Shown here: in pieces, positions 1-10,333 of the stretch
Numbering within the stretch: position 1 is the stretch's first letter
Layout of the letters: each line of letters opens with the position of its first letter
Source: Acidimicrobiia bacterium
GTDB lineage: Bacteria > Actinomycetota > Acidimicrobiia > Spongiisociales > DATADW01
Length of the DNA: 54,727 bases
NCBI GenBank assembly: GCA_036258335.1
Contig: DATADW010000382.1
Location: 1 to 54,727, forward strand
Direction of reading: 5' to 3'
Notes under the pieces: model-generated
What the model saw: the letters and a program-made list of their open reading frames with translations, nothing else
What the model was told of the DNA's origin: nothing
Database searches by the model: none
Position numbers and translations under genes: made by a program

Positions 1-161
1 GTCGCCGACGCCACGGTCGCCGCAAGGGTCCACGGCCAGCTTCCCTCGCGGAACCTGTCCAGTGTCTGCCCCAGCTCTCCGAGTTGGGGAAGAAGCAGAT
101 GGACCGCCACCGCGAGACCCGCCAGCCAGGCCAGCACCCAGAGAGCGGTGCGGGGCTTCAT
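1..161 (-). CDS. Partial CDS (N-terminus only): membrane protein with a UPF0104/flippase-like N-terminal pattern
   Basis: Reverse strand from ATG at 161 reads MKPRTALWVLAWLAGLAVAVHLLLPQLGELGQTLDRFREGSWPWTLAATV and runs off the window. The frame is also open upstream of 161, so the start is uncertain. Confidence 0.35.
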   Translation of the reverse strand, partial: MKPRTALWVLAWLAGLAVAVHLLLPQLGELGQTLDRFREGSWPWTLAATVASA

Positions 162-218
162 CAGGTACCGGTCATCCCAGGCGGTCAGCCCGCGTCTGCC
201 GGTATCGGGCGAGCGCGA

Positions 219-248
219 GAGGAGGCCCCCTTGTCGGGGGGCCTCCTC
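219..248 (-). terminator. GC-rich hairpin about 20 nt downstream of the coxM-like stop
   Basis: GAGGAGGCCCCC / loop TTGTCG / GGGGGCCTCCTC gives a 12-bp perfect stem. No U-tract follows on the minus strand, so it is not a textbook intrinsic terminator. Confidence 0.4.
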
Positions 249-267
249 CCTCGTGGCGGCGGTTGCC

Positions 268-1128
268 TCAGCTCGCCGCCGCCAGCGCCTGACTCAGCGC
301 CCTGCGGGCGAAGACCTTGGCGAGGTGGGTCTTGTACTCCACCGAACCGTACAGGTCCTCGAGCACCGTCACCCCCTCGGCGGCACGGTCTGCCGCGGCT
401 GCGATGGCGTCATCCGTGGCATCCGCTCCCTGGATGGCCTCGATCACGCCATGGGCCAGCATCGGCTTGGTGCCGACACCGGTCAGTGCCACCGAGGCAT
501 CGGCGATCCTCCCGTTCTCCCGTCGCACCCAGGCGGAGGCACCCGCCACGGCGTAGTCGGAGTGACCACCCCGCCGTCCCAGCTTGTCGTAGGCGGAGCC
601 ACCACCCCGCTTGGGCAGCTTGATCTCCACCAGGATCTCGTCGGGCTCCAGCGCTGAGGTCATCACGTCAACCACGAAGTCGCCGGCGGCAATCTCGCGA
701 GAGCCGCCCGACGATTTCACCACCATCGTGGCGCCGAGCGCGATCACCGCAGCCGGCTGGTCGGCGGCAACATCGGCGTGTGCCATCGAGCCGCACAATG
801 TCCCCCGGTTGCGCACCTGGACGTCCCCTGTCCACGACGCCGCCTGCGCCAGCGCCGTGGCGTGCTGCTGGATCAGCTCGCTCGACGCCACCTGGTTGTG
901 ACGGACCAGCGCCCCGATCGAGATGTGATCGCCCTTGTCCTCGATCTGGTCGAGTCCCGGGATCCGCCCGATGTCGACCACCAACTCGGGAGAGAGCAGA
1001 CGCAGCTTCATCAGGGGAAGCAGCGACATCCCGCCGGCCAGGACCTTCGCCCCTTCGTTGTCGGCGAGGACGGTGAGCGCCTCGTCGATGGTCGCCGGAG
1101 CGACATACTCGAAGCTCCTCGGATACAT
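268..1128 (-). CDS. coxM: Molybdo-hydroxylase FAD-binding medium subunit (CoxM/XdhB-like)
   Basis: 286-aa ORF with the PCMH-type FAD-binding pattern (AGGMSLLPLMKLRL, RNRGTLCGS). Its start overlaps the large-subunit stop by 1 nt (TGATG). Confidence 0.85.
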   Translation of the reverse strand: MYPRSFEYVAPATIDEALTVLADNEGAKVLAGGMSLLPLMKLRLLSPELVVDIGRIPGLDQIEDKGDHISIGALVRHNQVASSELIQQHATALAQAASWTGDVQVRNRGTLCGSMAHADVAADQPAAVIALGATMVVKSSGGSREIAAGDFVVDVMTSALEPDEILVEIKLPKRGGGSAYDKLGRRGGHSDYAVAGASAWVRRENGRIADASVALTGVGTKPMLAHGVIEAIQGADATDDAIAAAADRAAEGVTVLEDLYGSVEYKTHLAKVFARRALSQALAAAS

Positions 1129-3482
1129 CAGCCCTCACCTCCCTGACCCACATCTTGTATCGCCTGCCACACCCGCTTTGGTCGAAGCGGCATGTCGATG
1201 GTCTCCACGCCCAGCGGGCGGAGGGCGTCGAGCACCGCGGCCACGATGGTCTGTGCCGAGCCGATGGTCCCCGCCTCGCCGATGCCCTTCACCCCAAGCG
1301 GGTTGGCATCGGTCGGGGTCACCGTCATGTCCATCTCGAACGACGGCATGTCCGCCGCCGTCGGGATCGGGTAGTCGGCCAGCGATGAGGTGAGCAGACT
1401 CCCCTGCTCGTCGTACACCGCCTCCTCGAACATGGCCTGTCCGATCCCCTGGGCAATCCCGCCTTGGACCTGGCCGGCGACGATCATCGGGTTGATCACC
1501 GTCCCACAGTCGTCCACCGCCAGGTACCGCAGCAGCTCGACGTCGCCCGTCTCCGGATCCACCTCTACTACCGCCATGTGAGCCCCGTACGGCCACGTGG
1601 CGTTGGTGGGATCGAAGAAGGCGACATCCTCCAGACCGGCCTCCAACCCCTCGGGGAGCTGGTACTGCTGATAGGCGGTGGCGACCAGGTTGTCCCAGTC
1701 GACGGACTGCTCGGGAGACCCGGCCACGAAGGCCTTGCCGTCTTCGAACCGGATGTCCTCGGCAGCGGCCTCGAGCATGTGGGCAGCGATCCGGGCGGCC
1801 TTCTCCTGTACCCGCCCGGCGGCACGAGCCACTGCCGGCCCGCCGACGGCGGCAGATCGGCTCCCGAACGTGCCGATCCCCATGGGCGAGTCGTGCGTGT
1901 CTCCGTGGCGCACCTTCACCCGGTCGAACGGAACACCAAGCGTGTCACTGGCGATCTGAGCCCATGTCGTCTCGTGGCCCTGCCCGGTGGGTCCGGTGCC
2001 GGTGACCACGGTGACGCTGCCGTCAGGGTTGGCCCGCACCGTCGCCGACTCGTTGAAGGCGGAGGGGAGCCCGTACCCGGCCCATGAGAACCCACCCTCG
2101 AACATGGCCGAAGGAGCGAGCCCGCAGTTCTCCACGTAGGTGGTGAGCCCTATGCCGAGATACCGCCCCTTCTCTCTGGCCTCGGTCTGCTCGGCGCGAA
2201 GTCCTTGGACGTCGGCCATCTCCAGCAGCCGATCGAGCGTGGCGGCGTACTGACCCGAGTCCATCACCATCCCCACCTTGGTGGTGAAAGGGAAGTCCTC
2301 GGGCTTCACGTAGTTGCGACGTCGCAGTTCGGCCGGATCCATGTCGAGATCGGCGGCCAAGGCGTCGACCGACCGCTCGAGGTAGTAGGCCGCCTCGGGT
2401 CGTCCGGCACCGCGGTACGCATCCGTCGGCGGGGTGTTGGTGTAGACGCAGTCGATCTTGAAATGAACGTTGGGTATGTCGTACTGACCGGGTGCCGTGA
2501 ACTGCCCCAGTACCGGGATGGCGATGGTGAAGTTCTGCGAGTACGCCCCCATATCGGCCAACCCGGCCAGCTCATAGGCGACGATGTCTCCTTCTCGCGT
2601 CGCCGCGATCTTGGCCGTCGCCACCCAGCCTCTCCCCTGGATGGTGGAGACTGCCGCTTCCCGCCTCGTTTCGGTCCAGCGGACCGGGCTTCCCAGCATC
2701 TTGCTGGCGAAGGTGCAGAGTATCTCGTCGGGATAGACGTTGAGCTTGCACCCGAACCCACCACCGACCTCGGGTGCGATGACCCTGACGTCGTTGGCGT
2801 CGAGACCGAACGTGGTGGCGATGGCCCCGGCCAGAGCATGTGGGATCTGGGTGGTTGACCACAGGTTCACCGTGCCGTAGCCGGGGTTCCATTCAGCCAG
2901 CACCGCCCTGGGCTCGATTGGGACCGGGATGAGGCGCTGGTTGACCATCTTGCGCTCCACCACCACCACGTCGTCCCGGCCAAAGGCCTCGGCGCAGCCG
3001 TCGCTGTCCCCCGCCTCCCACGTGTGGATGACGTTGGAGGCGTCGTGAACGGTGATCCGATCGGTGGCGGCGTCTTCGAGGTCAACGGCAGCGTCCATGG
3101 GGTCGTAATCGACCTCCACCGCGTCGGCGGCATCGCGGGCCAGGTACTTGTCGTCGCCCACCACCATGGCAACTGCCTCGCCGACGTGGCGGATCTGGCC
3201 GTCTGCCAGGAGAGGCTTCAGAGTCCCTACTGGAACCTGTGCCAGCAGGCTGCCCAGGTGACGGACATCCTCGATCGTGTAGACGGCGTGCACCCCGGGC
3301 ATTTCGAGGGCTGCCGACGTGTCGATCGAGTTGACGCCGGCCCGGGCATAAGGGCTACGCACGAAGATAGCGGACAACTCCCCAGGGAGCCGGACGTCTT
3401 CGACATAGCGGCCGGTCCCTGCGATCAGCGCCGGATCTTCCTTGCGCTTGATCGCCTTGCCGAACAGCCGTGTAGTGGTCAT
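1128..3482 (-). CDS. coxL: Molybdopterin-binding large subunit, form-II CoxL-like (aerobic CO dehydrogenase/xanthine dehydrogenase family)
   Basis: ORF trimmed to ATG 3482 ([20 protein letters not shown]), with an ATGA overlap on the small-subunit stop. The active-site loop reads AYRGAGR, not the AYxCSFR of form-I CO dehydrogenases. Confidence 0.85.
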   Translation of the reverse strand: MTTTRLFGKAIKRKEDPALIAGTGRYVEDVRLPGELSAIFVRSPYARAGVNSIDTSAALEMPGVHAVYTIEDVRHLGSLLAQVPVGTLKPLLADGQIRHVGEAVAMVVGDDKYLARDAADAVEVDYDPMDAAVDLEDAATDRITVHDASNVIHTWEAGDSDGCAEAFGRDDVVVVERKMVNQRLIPVPIEPRAVLAEWNPGYGTVNLWSTTQIPHALAGAIATTFGLDANDVRVIAPEVGGGFGCKLNVYPDEILCTFASKMLGSPVRWTETRREAAVSTIQGRGWVATAKIAATREGDIVAYELAGLADMGAYSQNFTIAIPVLGQFTAPGQYDIPNVHFKIDCVYTNTPPTDAYRGAGRPEAAYYLERSVDALAADLDMDPAELRRRNYVKPEDFPFTTKVGMVMDSGQYAATLDRLLEMADVQGLRAEQTEAREKGRYLGIGLTTYVENCGLAPSAMFEGGFSWAGYGLPSAFNESATVRANPDGSVTVVTGTGPTGQGHETTWAQIASDTLGVPFDRVKVRHGDTHDSPMGIGTFGSRSAAVGGPAVARAAGRVQEKAARIAAHMLEAAAEDIRFEDGKAFVAGSPEQSVDWDNLVATAYQQYQLPEGLEAGLEDVAFFDPTNATWPYGAHMAVVEVDPETGDVELLRYLAVDDCGTVINPMIVAGQVQGGIAQGIGQAMFEEAVYDEQGSLLTSSLADYPIPTAADMPSFEMDMTVTPTDANPLGVKGIGEAGTIGSAQTIVAAVLDALRPLGVETIDMPLRPKRVWQAIQDVGQGGEG

Positions 3483-3982
3483 GCCGGCACCTCCTCCCAT
3501 TCGGCGGGTGCCGGGGTGTCGCCGCGCATCTTGGCGGCGGCGTACTCGATGGCGCGCACGATGTTGTGGTAGCCGGTGCACCGGCAGAGGTTCCCGTCGA
3601 TCCCATGGCGGATCTCGTCTTCGGATGGGTCAGGGTTATCGGCGAGCAAGCCGACTGCCGACATGATCATCCCTGGGGTGCAGAAGCCGCACTGCAGACC
3701 GTGGCGCTCCCAGAACCCCTCCTGGACGGGGTGGAGCTGGCCGTCGTCGGCAAGCCCTTCGATGGTGGTTATCTCGGCACCTTCAGCCTGCACCGCCAGC
3801 ATGGTGCAGGACTTGATGGTCGTCCCGTCCACAAGGACCGTGCACGCCCCGCAGTACGAGGTCTCACACCCGACGTGGGTGCCGGTCAGGTGCAGGTTCT
3901 CCCTGATGAGGTGTACGAGGAGCGTTCTCGGCTCGACTTCCACGCTCACGGGTCGCCCGTTGACGGTGAGGCCTACCTGCAT
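3479..3982 (-). CDS. coxS: [2Fe-2S] small subunit (CoxS-like)
   Basis: Two cluster motifs, [11 protein letters not shown]...C and CGFCTPG...CRCTGY. ATG 3982 is preceded by GGGAGGAGGAG. The TTG at 3997 in the ORF track is probably an artefactual extension. Confidence 0.9.
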   Translation of the reverse strand: MQVGLTVNGRPVSVEVEPRTLLVHLIRENLHLTGTHVGCETSYCGACTVLVDGTTIKSCTMLAVQAEGAEITTIEGLADDGQLHPVQEGFWERHGLQCGFCTPGMIMSAVGLLADNPDPSEDEIRHGIDGNLCRCTGYHNIVRAIEYAAAKMRGDTPAPAEWEEVPA

Positions 3983-4104
3983 AGCTCCTCCTCCCAACCC
4001 CCTTGCGAAACGGCCTCCGACGTTGCAGTCGGCCCGCCAGCCGAACTTATCAGAGCCGGAGCGGCGATGTCGGCCGTGGGGCCCTTTGCGGCAAAGTGGT
4101 GACG

Positions 4105-5544
4105 ATGGGCGCTCGCACCTACGGTGATCGCGGATCCATGCCGTATCGCCTATTCGCCCTGGTGGCCGCGGTGGTGGCAGTCGTCACCTCTATCGCCTCG
4201 CCCGCCCGCGCCGACCGCATCATGGACGAGCACTTCGAGGAGTATCCCTGGTCGGCCGATGCCGACAACGCCCCGTGGTCGGATGTGCGCTCCGCCGACC
4301 TCGCCAACAGCAGTCTCGGGCCAGGTTTCCTCGAGTCCGGGTTGTCGGTGACGATCCCGGCCGGTGAGCAGCGCGGTGTCGGTCCCTTCTACGGGTTCAA
4401 GGGCGAGGGGCCCCTCGAGGCCTGGTTCCGCTATTACGTCTGGCTCGAGCGATGGCGCCCCACCTACTCGGGAAAGCTCCCGGGCCTCTCCGGCGTGTAC
4501 GGCTCGTCGGCTAAGGGGTGCATTCCTCCTGAGCAGGGAAATCCTGGGTGGTCGGCCCGGCTCTATTGGCTGCCGCCCGGGGTCGACGGGGTGGGTGTCG
4601 GTGAGACGGCGATCGGATCGTACGTGTACCACCTCGACCAGCCGACCGAGTGCGGAAATGCCCTCGCCTGGAATCCCGGCGAGCTGGAGCGACAGCGATG
4701 GCATTGCATCCAGGGCCACGTGCGGATGAACACCCTTGGCCAGTCCAACGGCGTCCTCGAGGGGTGGATCGACGGGGTCAAGGCGTTTCGGCGCGCCGAC
4801 CTCAGATTCCGCCTCGAAGGGCAGAAGTCCGTTCGGATCAAGCAGTTCTGGCTCGACGTGTTCTTCGGCGGACCATCGGCCACCCCGAACAAGCTGGTGC
4901 TCAGGCTCGACGAGATCGCCGTCTCCAAGGACGGGAGGCCCGGTTGCATCGATCCATTCACCGATGACAACACCTCGACTCACGAGGGCGACCTCACCGA
5001 GCTCCACGCCCGAGGTTTCATCGAGGGGTGCAGCCGCCGTCTTGCCTGTCCCGACGACAACCTCACCAGGGCGGAGATGGCGGTGCTCTTGGTTCGTGTG
5101 CTCTCGCTACCCAAGACCGACACCAACCACTTCCGCGACGACAACGATCACTGGGCGGAGCCGTACATAGACCGGCTGGCCGCCAGCGGGATCACCATGG
5201 GGTGCGACCGACGTCTCTTCTGTCCCGAGGACCCGGTGACCCGTGCCGAGCTCGCCACCTTCCTCGACCGCGCCTACGACCCACCGGGGACGAGCCAGGA
5301 CTTCTTCGGCGACGACGACGATCACTGGGCGCGCAACGGCATCAACCGGCTCGCCGCCGCCGGCGTGATCAACGGGTGCACCGCCACGGCGTTCTGTCCG
5401 GAGGCGACGATCACCCGCGGGCAGACGGCAGCGCTGCTCGCCAGGGCGGTCCGCTGGGCGGAGGGCCTGACCGACGATGTCGTGGTGTCGACGACGCTCA
5501 GCGAGTCGGAGCGTGATGCCCTCACCGCCGGGGACCACGACTAG
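4105..5544 (+). CDS. Secreted protein with an N-terminal polysaccharide-lyase-like (concanavalin-type) domain and three C-terminal SLH-like repeats
   Basis: Signal peptide [25 protein letters not shown]|DR (alternative start ATG 4138). Lyase-like pattern GKLPGLSG...GWSARLYW...[10 protein letters not shown]...FWLDVFFGG. Three repeats match F.DD..HWA..I..L...GI..GC....FCP....TRAE.A..L.RA (nt 4957-5451). Confidence 0.7.
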   Translation: MGARTYGDRGSMPYRLFALVAAVVAVVTSIASPARADRIMDEHFEEYPWSADADNAPWSDVRSADLANSSLGPGFLESGLSVTIPAGEQRGVGPFYGFKGEGPLEAWFRYYVWLERWRPTYSGKLPGLSGVYGSSAKGCIPPEQGNPGWSARLYWLPPGVDGVGVGETAIGSYVYHLDQPTECGNALAWNPGELERQRWHCIQGHVRMNTLGQSNGVLEGWIDGVKAFRRADLRFRLEGQKSVRIKQFWLDVFFGGPSATPNKLVLRLDEIAVSKDGRPGCIDPFTDDNTSTHEGDLTELHARGFIEGCSRRLACPDDNLTRAEMAVLLVRVLSLPKTDTNHFRDDNDHWAEPYIDRLAASGITMGCDRRLFCPEDPVTRAELATFLDRAYDPPGTSQDFFGDDDDHWARNGINRLAAAGVINGCTATAFCPEATITRGQTAALLARAVRWAEGLTDDVVVSTTLSESERDALTAGDHD

Positions 5545-6005
5545 CTCGAGCGGGTGAGCGCCATGGCGAGCGAGGCCTGCAGGTAGCCGAGATAGTCCAG
5601 AGTCGCCATCTCGGCACCACCATCACGCCGCGCCCGGTCGTAGTCGCTCTCCTCTTTGATCCCCAACCGCACGGCGAGTACGAGCCGAGCTTCTCCCAGG
5701 ACGCGCAACCAGGACTCGGCCTCGCCCTCTGAGAGCACCGCGCCCCGCTCGGCGCCACCGAGGGTCTCCTCGAAACGAGTCCGGTCATCCGCCCTGTCGC
5801 TGGTGAGCTCGCTCCCCATCAACCGCCAGAACTCTTCGTCGTCCCCGGGTGAACCCGGGTAGACCGGGAGCCGGCCCCGAGGCTCGGTAGGTGAAGGCGA
5901 CTCGGCAACCAAGAGCGGTACCAACTGGCCGAGCACCGCCACCTCGTTGATGTCGAGCTTCACCTTGATCCGGCCCTTGCGGTCCAGGGCAAACGGCTCC
6001 CTCAC
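5541..6005 (-). CDS. DUF2017-like protein (the usual actinobacterial partner of ClpS)
   Basis: 154-aa ORF with a GTG start in a GTGA overlap with the clpS stop. Acidic, with a conserved [16 protein letters not shown] segment. The family call comes from context and memory. Confidence 0.6.
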   Translation of the reverse strand: MREPFALDRKGRIKVKLDINEVAVLGQLVPLLVAESPSPTEPRGRLPVYPGSPGDDEEFWRLMGSELTSDRADDRTRFEETLGGAERGAVLSEGEAESWLRVLGEARLVLAVRLGIKEESDYDRARRDGGAEMATLDYLGYLQASLAMALTRSS

Positions 6006-6304
6006 GTCTTCTCCAGAGTGGCCCAGAGCCCGTAATGGTGCAGGCGGTAGCAGTCGACCTCCGACTTCTCCCTCGGGCCGGAGGCGACTACAGCCCGCCC
6101 TTCGTGGTGGACGGCGAGCATCAAGCGCGTGGCCTCCTCAGGCGAGTGTCCGAAGAGCTTCCTGAACACGTAGACGACGTACTCCATGAGGTTGACCGGG
6201 TCGTTCCACACCACCACATTCCACGGCGAGTCCCCGGCGACCACGTCGTCCACATCGGGGCGGTCGGTGCGAACCGGCAGCGCCGAGGTGAGTTCACCAA
6301 CCAT
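6002..6304 (-). CDS. clpS: ATP-dependent Clp protease adaptor ClpS
   Basis: Core [50 protein letters not shown] trimmed to the internal ATG (MVGELTS...). The longer upstream extension overlaps the HTH gene. Confidence 0.85.
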   Translation of the reverse strand: MVGELTSALPVRTDRPDVDDVVAGDSPWNVVVWNDPVNLMEYVVYVFRKLFGHSPEEATRLMLAVHHEGRAVVASGPREKSEVDCYRLHHYGLWATLEKT

Positions 6305-6503
6305 CGCTGTGCGCCAGCCGACGCCGGTTGAGCCAGTCCTCCAGGTCCTGGCGCGCCACCCGCCATTCCCTCCCCACCTTGACACCGGGAAGGTCACCCG
6401 ATCGCAGACGAGCGGTGACCACGAATGGAGACACCTCGAGATATGCGCACACATCAGCCACCGAGAGCCAGTCCTTGGGGATCGTCACCCGGATCGGGTC
6501 CAC
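6294..6503 (-). CDS. Excisionase-family (HTH_17/MerR-like) DNA-binding protein
   Basis: 69 aa. [47 protein letters not shown] fits the winged-HTH excisionase-family pattern. Confidence 0.7.
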   Translation of the reverse strand: MDPIRVTIPKDWLSVADVCAYLEVSPFVVTARLRSGDLPGVKVGREWRVARQDLEDWLNRRRLAHSDGW

Positions 6504-6631
6504 GCCGTTCAGGCTAGTGGTCGTCGACCCCGCGGAGAGAAGCCGGTGCGCGAAACCTCTCTGTTCCTCTGCTGGTCACGTGGCGTATGTTTGCGATATC
6601 TTGCGCTCTATAGGATGACTCAGTTTTTCAG

Positions 6632-6946
6632 ATGGTGTTGAGCCCCGATGACCCACTCCGCCACCCGGATCTCATCGAGATGGCGCGTCGGCTGCGATCG
6701 CAACTCGAGTCGGTGCTCGACGCCGAGCGAGCCGCGGCACACGCCATCGCCCGGCGGAGCGAGACCATGCGCGACCGGCTGATCATGGCGGAGGACAACG
6801 GGGACCGCGTCGTCATCACCTGCTGCGACGGGGGACGGCGGGTGGGCCGTCTTGGCGGAGTGGGGCTCGATCTCGTCGTCGTCCTGGGGCCTGACAGGGA
6901 GCAGGTCGTGGCACTCCGTCATATCGTGACCCTGGAGACGGTGTGA
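6632..6946 (+). CDS. Hypothetical 104-aa protein coupled to the downstream Ssd-like gene
   Basis: ATG start with high GC3 and a 4-nt overlap (GTGA) with the next CDS. Helical N-terminal half, then a beta-rich C-terminal half (RVVITCCDGGRRVGRLGGVGLDLVVVL). No family recognised. Confidence 0.5.
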   Translation: MVLSPDDPLRHPDLIEMARRLRSQLESVLDAERAAAHAIARRSETMRDRLIMAEDNGDRVVITCCDGGRRVGRLGGVGLDLVVVLGPDREQVVALRHIVTLETV

Positions 6947-8004
6947 TGACCAGTCGCCCCATGGTGGCCACCGTCCTGTCGGCACGCCCGTGGGAGGCGC
7001 GGTTGGTGGCGATGGCGCGCGCCGCCGGGAGCATCAGGGTGGTCGGGCGCCTCTACCAGCCCGAGGACTTGGACCGCCTCCGCCAGGTCGACGTGCTCGT
7101 GGTCGGGGCAGAGACCAGCTGGGCGACACCGGCAAGGGTGCGCTCATGGCGGAACCGGGGGATTGCCGTCCTCGGTGTGGTTCCGGAAGGAGACATGCCC
7201 GCCGCTGCCCGTTTCACCGCATCGGGGGCGATGGTCACACTGGAGCAAGCGCCACTCCAGTCGCTCCTGGCAGCGATTCGCATCGCGGCCAGCCGTCGCG
7301 ACCTTGTATCGGGCGGCCAGGGACGGTTGGCGGTCGTGGTGGGGACGAGGGGTGCCCCCGGGGTTACCGAGGTGTCGTTGGCGCTCGCCACTGGCATCTC
7401 CGACAGCCTGCGGACGCTCCTCGTCGACCTCGACCTGGGCGCTCCCAGCCTCGGCCTCAGGCTCGGGCTCCCGCCCCGGAGCGGGTTGGCGGAGGTGAGC
7501 GAGCGGCTGCGGTGCGATGCCGGCTCGCTCCAGCAGGCAGCCCATCGGGTGGGCGCACTCAGCGTCGTCCCCGGCGAGGGACCACCCAGCACACCCACCG
7601 ACATCTACGACCTTGTGGTGGCGTCCCGGTCGGGTTTCGAGATGGTCGTCGCCGATCGTGGTCCGGTAGCGGGTGACGACCCGGTCCTCGTCGCCGCCGA
7701 CTCGGCAGTGCTGGTGTGCCGCGCCTCGCCCAACGGCTTGATGAGGACGGCACGTCTTGTCGACGCATGGAGCGGTCCGATTCCCTGGCTCGTGCTCAAC
7801 CGGGTGGACGACCGAGAAGCGGCGACGAACGCTGCTCGCCGTTTTGTCGGGCTGGAGCCGGCGGTGGTGCTCGATGCGGATCCAACGGTGGGTTTCCCCG
7901 GTGTGGGGCCGTCGAGTTGGATGGTCGAGGCGCTACGACCACTCCACGCCGCGCTCACCGAGCCCGGTGGTGGACGCTGCCCGGTAGGAGCCGAGATGGC
8001 GTAG
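6943..8004 (+). CDS. Ssd/CpaE-like (MinD/ParA superfamily) protein with a receiver-like N-domain and a degenerate Walker A
   Basis: The P-loop region reads VVVGTRGAPGVTEVSLALA, with the GK[ST] lysine replaced. This resembles actinobacterial septum-site-determining / 'helicase-secretion neighbourhood CpaE-like' proteins. The 3' end overlaps convergent pheA by 72 nt. Confidence 0.6.
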   Translation: MMTSRPMVATVLSARPWEARLVAMARAAGSIRVVGRLYQPEDLDRLRQVDVLVVGAETSWATPARVRSWRNRGIAVLGVVPEGDMPAAARFTASGAMVTLEQAPLQSLLAAIRIAASRRDLVSGGQGRLAVVVGTRGAPGVTEVSLALATGISDSLRTLLVDLDLGAPSLGLRLGLPPRSGLAEVSERLRCDAGSLQQAAHRVGALSVVPGEGPPSTPTDIYDLVVASRSGFEMVVADRGPVAGDDPVLVAADSAVLVCRASPNGLMRTARLVDAWSGPIPWLVLNRVDDREAATNAARRFVGLEPAVVLDADPTVGFPGVGPSSWMVEALRPLHAALTEPGGGRCPVGAEMA

Positions 8005-8790
8005 CTCGACCAGAGTCGCCGGCATCGGCTCGAAGATGGCTGCGTAACCGTCCGGACCGGGGGCGTGCATGAGGTCAACGAAGAAGCGGTGGCGCCATGC
8101 CTCTTCACTGGGGCGGGATTCGATCCGGGTCAGGTTGGCGCCGCGCAGCCCCAGCTCAGTGAGCGCCAAAGCCAGCGCCCCCGGCTGATGGAGGGTTATG
8201 AAGCTGATCGTCGTCTTGTCGGCGTCGGGCGCCACCGGCTCAGGTCCAGGGGCCAACACGGCAAACCGGGTGGTGTTGTGCCATCGGTCCATGACCTCGG
8301 TGGCGAGTACCTCGAGCCCAAACCGCTCGGCGGCCATCTCCGGTGCCAGTGCCGCTTCGTGAGGATCGCCCTGCTCGGCCACCTCGCGGACTGCACCGGC
8401 GGTGTCCGACGAGGTGACTGCCTTCCACCCCCGCTCGGCTATCACCAGTTCCGCCTGCCCCAACGCCTCGGGATGGGACCGCACCCGCGTCACCGCGTCG
8501 AGCGACGACCCCGGCACCCCGAGCAGGGCGTGACGGACCTCGAGCATGTGCTCGGCGACGATCGACGCCGAGGACCGGAGCAACCGATCGAGCACAGGGA
8601 GCACGCTCCCCGTTGTCGAGTTCTCGATGGGGAGAACCAATCGGTCGACGTCGCCTCGCTCGAGTGAGGCAAAGGCATCCGAGAACGAGGCCAAACCGGT
8701 CCGGGGACACCCGGGGAACAACTCGCCCACCGCCTGGTGGCTGTAGGAGAGCTCCTCGCCCTGGTAACCGACACGGAGGGTCCGATCCAT
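7933..8790 (-). CDS. pheA: Prephenate dehydratase
   Basis: 285 aa. N-terminal VGYQGEELSYSHQA, a TRF motif (NTTRFAVL) and an ACT domain with the ESRPS motif. Confidence 0.9.
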   Translation of the reverse strand: MDRTLRVGYQGEELSYSHQAVGELFPGCPRTGLASFSDAFASLERGDVDRLVLPIENSTTGSVLPVLDRLLRSSASIVAEHMLEVRHALLGVPGSSLDAVTRVRSHPEALGQAELVIAERGWKAVTSSDTAGAVREVAEQGDPHEAALAPEMAAERFGLEVLATEVMDRWHNTTRFAVLAPGPEPVAPDADKTTISFITLHQPGALALALTELGLRGANLTRIESRPSEEAWRHRFFVDLMHAPGPDGYAAIFEPMPATLVELRHLGSYRAASTTGLGERGVEWS

Positions 8791-8872
8791 CCCCGGTGGA
8801 CACTAGGGCGCTGGTGGTACGGCAAATGCCCTATGGCTAGCCACCCAGTGGTACCTCTACCCTGCCCCGCCC

Positions 8873-10330
8873 ATGCCAGCCCTTCCCGACCGGCCACCAG
8901 AGTGGGTGGCTGACGCCGTCTTCTATCAGATCTTCCCCGACCGATTCGCCCGTTCTGGCCGGGTAGCCCAACCCGGCAACCTCGAGCCCTGGGAATCCCC
9001 GCCGACACACCACGGATACAAGGGAGGCGACCTGATCGGGATCGCCGAGAGGCTCGACTGGATCGAGGATCTTGGCGCCAACGCCATCTACCTCAATCCC
9101 ATCTTCCGATCCGGCTCCAACCACAGGTACCACACCCACGACTACTTCGTTGTCGATCCGCTGCTCGGGGGCGACGAGGGATTCGACCGCCTCATGGAAT
9201 CGTGCCGGTCGCGGGGGATCCGGGTGGTGCTCGACGGCGTCCTCAATCACGCCTCGCGCGGTTTCTTCCCATTTCACGACATCATGGAGAACGGCGCCCG
9301 ATCGCCTTGGATCGAGTGGTTCCACGTCAACGGTTTCCCGATGAGGGCGTATGAGGAGGATCGGCCGCCCAACTACGCGGCGTGGTGGGGGCTCCACGCC
9401 CTTCCCAAGTTCAACACTGAGAACCCCCAGGTGGTCGAGTACCTCTACTCAGTCGGCGAGCACTGGGCGAGGCGGGGCATCGATGGATGGAGACTCGACG
9501 TGCCCACCGAGATCTCCACACCGGGTTTCTGGGAGGGTTTTCGGCAAAGGGTGCGGGCGGTGAACCCCGATCTCTACATCGTCGGTGAGATCTGGGAGCA
9601 CGCCACCGATTGGATCGCTCGGGGTGACCGGTTCGACGCCACCATGAACTACCTGTTTGGTGGTTGGACCCTCGCCTTCACCATCGGCGGAGAGATCGAC
9701 TCCGAGCTCGCTCGCGGGCTCCACTACCCCATCACCCCGCCGCTCGATGCCGCGACCTACGGCGCCGCCGTCGAACGTCTACTCGACATCTACCCCGACC
9801 ACGCAAACCGAGCCAACCTCAACCTGCTCGGCTCGCACGACACGCCTCGGGTGCTCAGCCTGGCCCGGGGCGACGTCACCGCAGTGGTGCTGGCGATGGT
9901 CTTGCTGCTCACCTTCCCCGGGGCCCCCTGTATCTACTACGGCGACGAGATCGGCCTGGAGGGGGGCCAGGAGCCGGAGTCGCGGGCCGCCTTCCCTTGG
10001 AATGATCCCGGCGACTGGAGTACGGGAATCCTCTCGTCAGTGCGCTCCCTGGTGGCGCTGCGCCACGCCCACCCCGCGCTCCGCCATGGCACCTACCTAC
10101 GGCTGCCTACCGGATCCGGTGCCGGGCTTCACTGGTTTCTCCTCGACCATCCCGAGGAGCGGGTGGTGGTGGCCGTCAACGCGGGGCGGGACGCGGCATC
10201 GGTGGCCACTCAATCCATCGGCGACCGATTCGAGACGCTGTGGGGATTTGGCGGCATCGCCACCGACGGCGGGACCACTCGAGCCGCTCTCGGGCCGCGC
10301 TCGGCCGCGGTTTGGCTGGCCGAGCGCTGA
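8873..10330 (+). CDS. GH13 alpha-amylase-family glycoside hydrolase (neopullulanase/cyclomaltodextrinase-like catalytic core)
   Basis: All GH13 conserved regions are present: VLDGVLNHAS, GIDGWRLDVPTEI, IVGEIWE, LLGSHDTPR. It begins DAVFYQIFPDRFA. Confidence 0.85.
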   Translation: MPALPDRPPEWVADAVFYQIFPDRFARSGRVAQPGNLEPWESPPTHHGYKGGDLIGIAERLDWIEDLGANAIYLNPIFRSGSNHRYHTHDYFVVDPLLGGDEGFDRLMESCRSRGIRVVLDGVLNHASRGFFPFHDIMENGARSPWIEWFHVNGFPMRAYEEDRPPNYAAWWGLHALPKFNTENPQVVEYLYSVGEHWARRGIDGWRLDVPTEISTPGFWEGFRQRVRAVNPDLYIVGEIWEHATDWIARGDRFDATMNYLFGGWTLAFTIGGEIDSELARGLHYPITPPLDAATYGAAVERLLDIYPDHANRANLNLLGSHDTPRVLSLARGDVTAVVLAMVLLLTFPGAPCIYYGDEIGLEGGQEPESRAAFPWNDPGDWSTGILSSVRSLVALRHAHPALRHGTYLRLPTGSGAGLHWFLLDHPEERVVVAVNAGRDAASVATQSIGDRFETLWGFGGIATDGGTTRAALGPRSAAVWLAER

Positions 10331-10333
10331 CTG

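Noticed and set aside
3483-3581. N-terminal ORF-track extensions of coxL (to 3581), proC (to 16200), the GMC oxidoreductase (to 19151), clpS (to 6454), aidB (from 52123) and the FAD oxidoreductase (from 37788)
   Set aside because: The extensions overlap upstream genes, are Arg/Pro-rich and precede canonical family N-termini that have ATGA coupling or an SD-like sequence. Shorter starts were adopted.
6504-6631. The locally AT-rich divergent spacer with TTGCGA...TATAGG and a GTTTTT tract, as defined promoters
   Set aside because: The hexamer spacing is only ~12 nt and does not fit a standard -35/-10 promoter. The region probably holds promoters for both divergent genes, but I cannot position them.
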